Positions 53,337 through 63,600 of a DNA stretch of 64,000 nt are shown one piece after another. The position numbers were made by a program, and so were the translations under genes. Each line of letters begins with the position of its first letter. The stretch's first letter is position 1. Location: positions 1 to 64,000 of the forward strand of contig JBHGNT010000047.1 in NCBI GenBank assembly GCA_043228905.1, given 5' to 3'. Below the pieces are notes generated by a model that worked only from the letters and a program-made list of their open reading frames with translations, had not been told where the DNA came from and did not search any database. The stretch comes from Azolla caroliniana. Its lineage: Eukaryota > Plantae > Polypodiophyta.

Positions 53337-56300
53337 TGGAGGATCTTCTGATTGTTCGGGACCTGTACGAACCGATTGACAGGTCGGAAATACCGAAGGG
53401 GGTACTTGAGTCGGAATGGAAACTTCTGAACCGGAAAGCCGTTGCAACCATTCGGCAATACGTCGACGTGAGCGTTCTACAACATGTGGCGAACGACATC
53501 AACGCATATGAGATGTGGCGGAAGCTGTCGGGCCTCTACGAGAGGAAGAATGCGTTGAACCGGACCTCCCTGATGAGGAAGATAGTGAACCTCAAGTACC
53601 GGGACGGCGAGAGTATGGTGGAACACGTAAGCACGTTCATGGGATTCGTGAACCAGCTTGCGGCGATCAAGTTCCCGCTGGAGGATGCAATGCAAGCCAT
53701 CATTCTGATGTGTACATTGCCGGAAAGCTGGGAGAACTTGGTGGTGACTCTCAGCACCTCCTGCACGGAAGATAACTTGTCCCTACAAACGGTAAAGACA
53801 AGTATTTTGAACGAAGAAGCGCGTCGGAGAGATAAAGAACCGGCCTCCGACTCGAAGGCGCTGCTTACCGAATCGGAACGGGGAAGACAATGGAACCGGA
53901 GTCCGCAAAGACGGGAGAAGTCGGGGACCCGGTCGCAGTCAAGAGGAAGACCCACATGCTTCCACTGTGGGAAGCCGGGGCACTTCCGGAAGAATTGTCG
54001 GCATTACCGAAAGGACAACGGAGCCGACGACACCGATTCGAAGAAGTCACCGGAGAGAAACGGTGCATACCGGGGAGCCACGGACCGGAGAGGTCCGGAT
54101 CGGCGAGGGCAGGACCGGAAAGGAACGACGACACTCGCGGCAAGTGAGGAAGAAATCATGCTCATCACCGAAGAAGGTGAACTAAACATTGCCGGCGATG
54201 AGACGACCTGGGTGGTCGATTCCGGAGCATCGTTCCACCTGACCCCGGAGAGAAGATACTTCTCATCCTACACAGTTGGTGAGCATGGCTGTGTTCGGAT
54301 GGGAAATGAAGGTACGTGCCGGATTGCCGGCATAGGAGACGTGTGGTTGACAAGCTCGACCGGATGCAAAATGTTGCTGAAGGATGTCCGACACATTCCG
54401 GAGGTTCGATTGAACCTGATTTAGGCCGGGAGGCTAGACGATGAAGGCTACACAGGTAGCATCCGGAACGGCGTAATGAAGTTCAGCAAGGGGAGCCTGA
54501 TAGTGGCTCGGGCCCGGAAAGTCAACACACTGTACCTTATGAATGCCTGGTTGTGTCCGGAAGAGTTGAACGTGGCAGCCGACACTGCCGGTGAGCTGTG
54601 GCACAAGAGACTGTGCCACATGAGTGAGAAGGGGATGAAGAGGCTTGCAGAAGACAACCTTATTCCAGTGAAGCATGTGCACCTGGAGAAGTGCACCGAT
54701 TGCCTGGCCGGTAAGCAGAACCGAACCTCCTTCCACTCAAGGCCACCGACGAGACGTAGCGCACCATTGGAGTTGGTGCACACTGATGTGTGTCAGGTAG
54801 AAACGAAGTCACATGGCGGAGCCCAGTACTTCGTAACATTCATTGATGATCACAGCCGGAAGCTGTGGACGGCACCGTTGAAGACAAAGGACCAAGTGTT
54901 GTGCGTCTTCAAAGAACTCCACGCGAGAGTGGAAAGGGAATCCGGCAAGAAGCTGAAAGCGATACGAGCGGATAATGGAGGGGAATACCGGGGGCAGTTC
55001 GCGGAGTACTGTCGCTCGAAGGGAATCCGGCTCGAGTTTACTGTGCCGAAGACGCCGGAACTGAACGGGCTGGCCGAGAGGATGAACCGGACCATAATGG
55101 AGAGGGTCCGGAGTATGCTGGCGCATGCGGAATTACCCAAGGGGTTTTGGGCTGAGGCGATGTCAACGGCGACATACGTGATAAACAGATCACCCTCAGT
55201 ACCTTTGGACGGAGACACGCCGCAGAGAGTGTGGACCGGTAGGGAAGTATCCTACCGGCATCTGAAGGTGTTCGGGTGTCTCGCATACGTGCATGTGGCA
55301 AAGGACCGGAGAGGAAAGCTAGATCCAAAGACCCGGCCATGCATATTCCTCGGTTACGGCGATGACGAGTTCGGCTACCGAGTATGGGACCCGGTCGACA
55401 AGAAGATATTCCGGAGTCGTGATATCATCTTCATGGAGAACAAGACACTCACCGACTGGGAGTCGGAGAAGAAGATGAAGAGCTCCAAGTCGACCGGTGA
55501 GGATAAACTCTACGAGGAGCAGTCCCGACCGGCAAGGGACCGGTTAACACTCGAAGATCCGGCCGAAGACGGTGAAGAAACAGAACCGGCCGAAGAAGAT
55601 GAAAATGATACCGGAACCGGCCCCGATCCCGAAATGGATTCGGATGAAGAAGAATCGGAAGAACCGGTTACCGAAGCTCCGGAACGGAGATATCCTCTAA
55701 GAGAGAGAAGGGCTCCCCGGAGATTTCCGGAACCAGAGCACGTGCTGCTAACCGACGAGGGGGAGCCGGAGAGCTTTGAAGAAGCGAAGCATGACACCCA
55801 TAGCCGCAGGTGGTTAAGTGCCATGCAGGAGGAGATGGATTCCCTGCATGAGAACCACACATATGAACTTGTGGAGTTGCCGAAAGGAAAACGGGCACTC
55901 CGTAACAAGTGGGTGTTCAAGCTGAAACCGGGAGATGCCGGAAACCCCCCGAGATACAAAGCCAGGATCGTGGTGAAGGGGTTTCAGCAGAAGAAGGGCG
56001 TCGACTTCGACGAGATATTTGCCCCGGTAGTGAAGATGACCTCCATCCGGACGGTGCTGAGCATAGCGGCAAGCATGGACCTCGAGATAGAACAGATGGA
56101 CGTGAAGACGACATTCCTTCACGGTGACCTCGAAGAAGAGATCTACATGCAGCAACCGGAAGGATTCGAGAAGAAAGGGAAGGAGCACCTGGTATGCCGG
56201 TTGAAGAAGAGCCTTTACGGTCTGAAGCAGGCTCCCCGGCAATGGTACCGGAAGTTCGACACCTTCATGACAGACGAAGGGTACCACAAAACGCAGTCCG

Positions 56301-57080
56301 ATCACTGCGTGTTTGTGAAGAAGTTCGAAGGAGGAGACTTTCTAATACCCCTCCTGTACGTGGACGACATGTTGATCGTCGGACGAGACCAGGTCAAGAT
56401 ACGGATGCTGAAGAAGGCTCTTCACCGAACCTTCTCAATGAAGGACCTGGGTCCGGCGAGGCAAATACTAGGGATGCACATCATCCGGGACCGAAAGAAG
56501 AAGCAGTTGTGGCTGTCACAGGAGAAGTACGTGACAAAGGTGCTTCACCGGTTTAACATGTCGGAAGCAAGACCGGTCGGGTCAACACTCCCGGCAAACT
56601 GCAAGCTGTCTAGCAAGCAGAGCCCCAAGACAAAGGCTGAGAAGGAGGACATGATGAAAGTACCATATGCCTCTGCCGTCGGGAGCTTGATGTACGCAAT
56701 GGTGTGTACCCGACCGGACATAGGATATGCAGTCGGAGTGGTGAGCCGGTACATGAGCAATCCCGGCAAAGAGCATTGGAACGCGGCCAAGTGGATACTC
56801 CGATACCTGAAGGGCACGACAAACGTGTGCCTCCGATTCGGCTCCGGTAAGCCCGAACTCGACGGCTTCACCGATTCGGATATGTCGGCTGATGCAGATA
56901 CCAGCCGGTCCACATCAGGGTATGTGATGACGTATGCAGGGGGAGCTGTTTCATGGCAGTCGAGGCTGCAGAAGACGGTTGCGTTGTCAACCACGGAGGC
57001 GGAGTACATGGCGGCTGTTGAAGCCGGCAAGGAAATAATATGGATGAAGGACTTCATTAGAGAGCTCGGTATCCGGCAGG
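53337..57080 (+). pseudogene. gag-pol pseudogene, 5' part (Gag, PR, IN, RT, start of RNase H)
   Basis: ORFs 53324-54424 and 54476-57088 share one frame and are split by TCG>TAG at 54422-54424. The frame is interrupted after ELGIRQ by the nested element. Confidence 0.94.
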
Positions 57081-57582
57081 TGTTGTAGGTTTTAGGGTTA
57101 GGGTTAAGGATGATGAATGATAAAGATAGACATGGTGGTCATGATGAGGATGATGAAGAGCATGATGATGAGAGATCGTATAGAGAAGCATAGAGAAGCA
57201 TTGCGGGGTGGGGGGTGGTGCCTAGAATGGCTCCACCCCCCTCCCAAGGGGATTCAACGTTGAGGGGAGAGAGAGAGAGAAAGAGGGATGACAAGAGAGA
57301 GATTAGGAGAGAAATGGTTTATTCTTCATTCATTCCCCATAAGGGGTTAAATAGTACAAGAGGGGGTAGTTACAAAGGGGTGTAAGCCCCATAGAGCATT
57401 CATACTGGACACTCACTCACACCTCATCGTATCCCTCCACATGCACACACGTGTGCATGTGTTCACATACATATCAACTCACAATTACATTTATGTTCCC
57501 TACACATATACAACATCATCATGATAATATTCGACCCTCGCTCATCACACTTGACTCTCCGTACAACTCGTACGGGGTAACA
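57081..57582. repeat. Left LTR of nested element (502 bp)
   Basis: Matches 59627-60128 at offset 2546. The only difference seen is TGTTG vs TGTTC at base 5. Confidence 0.95.
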
Positions 57583-57586
57583 CATA

Positions 57587-57602
57587 TGGCACGCCCGTGG
57601 GA
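57587..57602 (+). other. PBS-like site, complementary to tRNA-Arg(UCU)-type 3' end
   Basis: TGGCACGCCCGTGGGA, 4 nt after the LTR. Resembles the recalled complement TGGCACGCCCGGTGGGAC with a 1-nt gap. Confidence 0.75.
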
Positions 57603-59611
57603 AAGTGCGTTGCACGTCGATCCCACATGCCTTGATGATGATATCTCTTCGACCGGAACTTCCATCGGTCCTTTCAACGATCGATTCCCTCGATCGGAGC
57701 GCTTGACTCGATCATCTCCATCGGTCAGCGACTTTTCCGCGACACGAACATTCTCATTCTGTCGTCTTACGAACTTTGGTATCCTCTTTCGGGTCCTTAA
57801 AAATGTTGTGTGCATGTATGTTATTCTTTGTTGATTTTGTGAGTTGTCATGGTCGATCACGTCCATTTCTTTAGGTGGATGAGATTTCAAAATTTCATAG
57901 GTGCCCTTTGATTTTTAAAATTTTCTTATATACCCTCAGGTTTTTACAATTATGTTTGATACCCTCATCTTTCTTCTTTCCTTCTCTTCTTTCCCTCTTC
58001 TTTTCCATTTCTGTTACTACTTCTTTCTTTCTTTCTCGCCTGCTTTCTTCTTCCTCATTCTTTCTTCCTGTTCTTCCTTATTCTTCCGTGTATGCCTTTC
58101 TCTCTCTTCTTTCTGTCTCTTCTTTCTGTTTCTCAGACTACATCATCTTCTTCTTTCTCTTCTTCATTCACCACTGCTATGTCCATTGTCCATTGCTTCC
58201 CATCCTTCTACTCCCTGTCGTTTCCTGTTTTCTTCTTCCTCTTTCTATTTCTCCATCTTCTTCTATGCCTATCGCTTTCTTGCTTCTCTGTTTCTGTTTC
58301 TTCTTATTTTCTTCGTATTTCTTCCTTTGTTTTGACGCATCCCGTCGGCCTCCTGTTAGGTCTGCGCCTGTGGTGGTTGTCGGCTCTTCCGAGGTCTCTG
58401 TCTCTCTATTCATCCACTGGTTGTTGTCCGGCCATCCGTTGTCCGATCGTCGTCCCATTCCGGCCGTTGTTTGGCGGTTCTTTGTCCAGCCCGTCTGGCC
58501 ACTCCGACCACTGTTCGGCTATTCTAGATGCTGCGGTCGCTCCTCGGCCACTGTTTGGCCGTCGTGGCCATCTCCGACCGCTGCTGTCGTCCTTGTCCGG
58601 CAACCTCCATTCCGACGCCGTTCGGCCACTACGACCGCTCTTAGGTCGCTCTTCCGTCTCTGTCGGTGTCTGGTCATCTGTCTATTTCTCTATCTCCGTA
58701 GCGCTTTTGGTATTGATGTCAACGACCCTTCGGTCCCGGACATTCTGTTCATTTGTCCGGCCCATTCCGGTCAGTCTCTGTTTGTCACCATCGCTTTGTG
58801 ATTGGCCGCCTCTATTCAGACGCATATCCCACCGCGACTGTTTGTTCTTTGTCATTGTTTAGGTCGTAGCTCGGTCCGGCGCCATTCAGCCACTCCAACT
58901 GCTCTTCGGTCGCTCTCCGGTCGGAGCTTTTCCGGCTTCACCTCCATCTCTATCTATCTTGGTGCTGTCGACCGCTCTTCCGCTTCTATCCGGTGATACC
59001 GGCTTCCCTATCGTCCCTGTCCGGTGCCTGTGTGCCTTCTGTCCGGCAATGTTGCCCCATGGTCGCCATTGTTAGTCTCGTCCGGTATTCGACCTAGGGT
59101 TTGCTCGTGGTTTTCTGGTGTCTCTGGTCCTCGATGTCTGGTCTGCTTTTGCATCTCCTTCTCCGTCTTCTATGGCCATTCGATGTGAACCAAGTCTGGT
59201 TCTTGCTCCGATTCCGGTTTCGACTCTTTCTGCGTTGCTTCGTCTGGAACCATCTCTCGTGCACTCTCAGCACATCCTGCCGGCCTCCGCTCCACACACT
59301 GCGTCTTTTCCACCGCAGTCTCCTGGTGGGCTTCTCTTACCGGTCGTGCTTGCACCGGTTCTCTTTGCGTCGCTGTTTGTCCAACCGTGCATCTTGCACC
59401 ACGCTTCGAACACGCACATTGTCACTAACCGCATTCGGAAACACGTACATGGACACCAATCGCAACCTTACATAAACACCGTTCCATTCATGAATTCTTT
59501 CATCGCATTGTCATTTCCTGTACTCACACAAATATGTCGCTATGGCCTTCGCTATGGCCTTCATCACCGCGTATCATTCTTTGACTCCGTTTCCAAAGGG
59601 GGGTCGCCGTA

Positions 59612-59621
59612 GTGGTCGCCA
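59612..59621 (-). other. Second PBS-like site, complementary to tRNA-Arg(UCG)-type 3' end
   Basis: Minus strand TGGCGACCAC, 5 nt inside the right LTR. Matches 10 nt of the recalled tRNA end ...GTGGTCG-CCA. Confidence 0.6.
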
Positions 59622-59626
59622 AAATG

Positions 59627-60128
59627 TGTTCTAGGTTTTAGGGTTAGGGTTAAGGATGATGAATGATAAAGATAGACATGGTGGTCATGATGAGGATGAT
59701 GAAGAGCATGATGATGAGAGATCGTATAGAGAAGCATAGAGAAGCATTGCGGGGTGGGGGGTGGTGCCTAGAATGGCTCCACCCCCCTCCCAAGGGGATT
59801 CAACGTTGAGGGGAGAGAGAGAGAGAAAGAGGGATGACAAGAGAGAGATTAGGAGAGAAATGGTTTATTCTTCATTCATTCCCCATAAGGGGTTAAATAG
59901 TACAAGAGGGGGTAGTTACAAAGGGGTGTAAGCCCCATAGAGCATTCATACTGGACACTCACTCACACCTCATCGTATCCCTCCACATGCACACACGTGT
60001 GCATGTGTTCACATACATATCAACTCACAATTACATTTATGTTCCCTACACATATACAACATCATCATGATAATATTCGACCCTCGCTCATCACACTTGA
60101 CTCTCCGTACAACTCGTACGGGGTAACA
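59627..60128. repeat. Right LTR of nested element (502 bp)
   Basis: Direct repeat of 57081-57582, followed by the TSD GCAGG. Confidence 0.95.
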
Positions 60129-60387
60129 GCAGGAGGAGTACCGACTCTACTGCGACAGTCAGAGTGCAATCCACCTTGCGAAGAACGCGGCCTATCACTC
60201 CCGGACGAAGCACATCCAGCGAAGATATCACTGGATCCGGGAAAGGATAGAAGACAAGGAGTTCGTGCTGACGAAGATCCACACGGACGAGAACGGGTCG
60301 GATATGTTGACCAAGGTGCTCACACCCGACAAGCTGGAAGCATGCCGGAAGAGGATCGGATTGGAGAGACATCCTATGCCGAAGTGA
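60129..60387 (+). pseudogene. gag-pol pseudogene, 3' part (RNase H C-terminus)
   Basis: Translates as QEEYRLYCDSQSAIHLAKNAAYHSRTKHIQRRYHWIRE...DMLTKVL...HPMPK*, matching the end of the element 1 ORF. Confidence 0.93.
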
Positions 60388-60397
60388 AGGGGGAGTT

Positions 60398-60661
60398 TGT
60401 TGGGATTACGGTCCCTCCGGATGGGATGGTCGGATGTCCGGAGATGAATGACGACAAGCCCGGTTGCGGTTTCGGAACCGGATGATGAAGACCCCGGCTT
60501 CGGAGCCGGATGACGAATGTACCCGGAGAGAGATCCGGATGCGGGGACATATCTGTGAATATGTTTGCCAAGGGCCCTTGAGGCTATAGTTGTAAATAGC
60601 CCTAAAGTCATATGTGTATAAATATGACTTAGGGCAAACAGTTTTTATGTTGCTACTCATT
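60398..60661 (+). repeat. Partial 3' LTR (U3 portion) of copia element 2
   Basis: Follows PPT GAAGGGGGAG (60386-60395), starts TGTTGGGATT, is homologous to the element 1 LTR and ends about 37 bp after TATAAAT. Confidence 0.9.
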
Positions 60662-63600
60662 ACCAAATTTGAGGAGGGAGTTGACTAGGGCGAATGAGTA
60701 AATTAAATTGTTCATTCCTCGCTGGTGTGATATCGGATTTGTGTGTTCAAACATGCGAATCGAAGCTAACAACGCTAGCTATGATATGGAATTAAAAAAT
60801 CAACATTTTGAAACTCAGGTCGAGAGACATGAAGAAATTACCAAATTTTAAAATTTTCATACCTCGCTCGTGTGATATCGGATTTCTCTGTTCAAACATG
60901 CGAATCGAAGCTAACAACGCTAGCTATGATATGCAATTAAAAAATCAAGATTTTGAAACTCAGGTCGAGAGACATAAAAAAATTACCAAATTTGAGGAGG
61001 GAGTTGAGTAGGGCGAATGAGTAAATTAAATTGTTCATTCCTCGCTGGTGTGATATCGGATTTGTGTGTTCAAACATGCGAATCGAAGCTAACAATGCTA
61101 GCTATGATATGGAATTAAAAAATCAACATTTTGATACTCAGATCGAGAGACATGACGAAATTACCAAATTTGACGACGGAGTCTAGTAGGGCGATTGAGT
61201 AAATTAAATTGTTGATACCTCGCTCGTGTGATATCGGATTTGTGTGTTCAAACATGCGAATCGAAGCTAACAACGCTAGCTATGATATGGAATTAAAAAA
61301 TCAAGATTTTGAAACTCAGGTCGAGAGACATAAAAAAATTACCAAATTTGAGGAGGGAGTTGAGTAGGGCGAATGAGTAAATTAAATTGTTCATTCCTCG
61401 CTGGTGTGATATCGGATTTGTGTGTTCAAACATGCGAATCGAAGCTAACAATGCTAGCTATGATATGGAATTAAAAAATCAAGATTTTGATACTCAGATC
61501 GAGAGACATGATGAAATTACCAAATTTGAGGACGGAGTCTAGTAGGGCGATTGAGTAAATTAAATTGTTCATACCTCGCTCGTGTGATATCGGATTTGTG
61601 TGTTCAAACATGCGAATCGAAGCTAACAACGCTAGCTATGATATGGAATTAAAAAATCAAGATTTTGAAACTCAGGTCAGGAGACATGAAGAAATTACCA
61701 AATTTGAGGAGTGAGTTGAGAAGAGCCCTTGAGTAAATTAAAATGTTCATACCTGGCTCGGGTGATATCGAATTTTTGTGTTCAAACATGCAAATCGAAG
61801 CTAACAACGCTAGCTATGACATGGAATAAAAAAATCAAGATTTTGAAACTCAGGTCGAGAGACATGACGAAAATAGCAAACTTGAGGGGGGAGTTGAGAG
61901 GAGCCCTTGAGTAAATTAAAATGTTCATACCTGGCTCGTGTGATATCAGATTTGTGTCTTCAAACATGCGAATCGAAGCTAACAATGCTAGCTATGATAT
62001 GGAATTAAAAAATCAAGATTTTGATACTCAGATCAAGAGACATGAGGAAATTACCAAAGTTGAGGAGGGAGTTGAGAAGAGCCCTTGAGCAAATTGAAAT
62101 GTTCATACCTGGCTCGTGTGATATCGGATTTCTGTGTTCAAACATGGAAATCGGAGCTAACAACGCTAGCTATGATATGGATTCAAAAAATCAAGATTTT
62201 GAAACTTAGGTCGAGAGACATGAAGAAATTACCAAATTTGAGGAGGGAGTTGAGTAGGGCGAATGAGTAAATTAAATTGTTCATACCTCGCTCGTGTGAT
62301 ATCGGATTTGTCTGTTGAAACATGCGAATCGAAGCTAACAATGCTAGCTATGATATGGAATTAAAAAATCAAGATTTTGAAACTTAGGTCGAGAGACATG
62401 AACAAATTACCAAATTTGAGGAGGGAGTTGAGTAGGGCGAATGAGTAAATTAAATTGTTCATACTTCGCTCGTGTGATATCAGATTTCTCTGTTTAAACA
62501 TGTGAATCGAAGCTAGTAGGGCGATTGAGTAAATTAAGTTGTTCATACCTTGCTCGTGTGATATCAGATTTTTGTGTTTAAACATGCGAAACGAAGCTAA
62601 CAACGCTAGCTATGATATGGAATTAAAAAATCCAGATTTTGAAACTCAGGTCGAGAGACATGACGAAATTACCAAATTTGAGGAGTGAGTTGAGAAGAGC
62701 CCTGGAGTAAATTAAAATGTTCATACCTGGCTCGTGTGATATCGGATTTCTGTGTTCAAACATGCCAATCGAAGCTAACAACGCTAGCTATGATATGGAA
62801 TTAAAAAATCAACATTTTGAAACTCAGGTCGAGAGACATGACGAAATTACCAAATTTGAGGACGGAGTCTAGTAGGGCGATTGAGTAAATTAAGTTGTTC
62901 ATACCTCGCTCGTGTGATATCAGATTTTTGTGTTTAAACATGCGAAACGAAGCTAACAACGCTAGCTATGATATGGAATTAAAAAATCAAAAATTTAAAA
63001 CTTCGGTCGAGAGACATGACATATTTAGCAAATTTGAGGAGGGAGTTGAGTAGGGCGAATGAGTAAATTAAATTGTTTATACCTCGCTCGTGTGATATCG
63101 GATTTCTCTGTTCAAACATGCGAATCGAAGCTAATACCCCTAGCTATGATATGGAATTAAAAAATAAAGATTTTGAAACTCAGGTCGAGAGACATGAGGA
63201 AATTACCAAAGTTGAGGAGGGAGTTGAGAAGAGCCCTTGAGCAAATTGAAATGTTCATACCTGGCTCGTGTGATATCGGATTTCTGTGTTCAAACATGGA
63301 AATCGGAGCTAACAACGCTAGCTATGATATGGATTCAAAAAATCAAGATTTTGAAACTTAGGTCGAGAGACATGAAGAAATTACCAAATTTGAGGAGGGA
63401 GTTGAGTAGGGCGAATGAGTAAATTAAATTGTTCATACCTCGCTCGTGTGATATCGGATTTGTCTGTTGAAACATGCGAATCGAAGCTAACAATGCTAGC
63501 TATGATATGGAATTAAAAAATCAAGATTTTGAAACTGAGGTCGAGAGACATGAACAAATTACCAAATTTGAGGAGGGAGTTGAGTAGGGCGAATGAGTAA

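Larger units (their letters stand above)
57081..60128. mobile_element. Non-autonomous LTR retroelement (TRIM/LARD-like, 3048 bp), orientation ambiguous
   Basis: 502-bp direct repeats TGTT...AACA; perfect TSD GCAGG (57076-57080 and 60129-60133); 2044-bp interior with no recognisable gag/pol motifs. Confidence 0.94.
53333..60661 (+). mobile_element. Truncated copia element 2 (same family as element 1), carrying a nested insertion
   Basis: Colinear with element 1 from gag KMEDLL to the U3 part of the 3' LTR. Lacks the 5' LTR, PBS, gag start and distal 3' LTR; no TSD. Confidence 0.95.

Noticed and set aside
57086-57109. Interstitial telomere or chromosome-fusion scar
   Set aside because: There are only 2-3 degenerate units, and they are part of both LTRs.
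57081-57582. Cassandra TRIM or 5S rRNA-bearing LTR
   Set aside because: I could not recognise 5S sequence, the PBS is not Met-type, and the interior is 2 kb.
57875-58862. 308-aa, 256-aa and 127-aa ORFs as an env-like or membrane protein
   Set aside because: The pyrimidine-rich strand lacks stops in all three frames. The products are low-complexity F/L/S with no motif.
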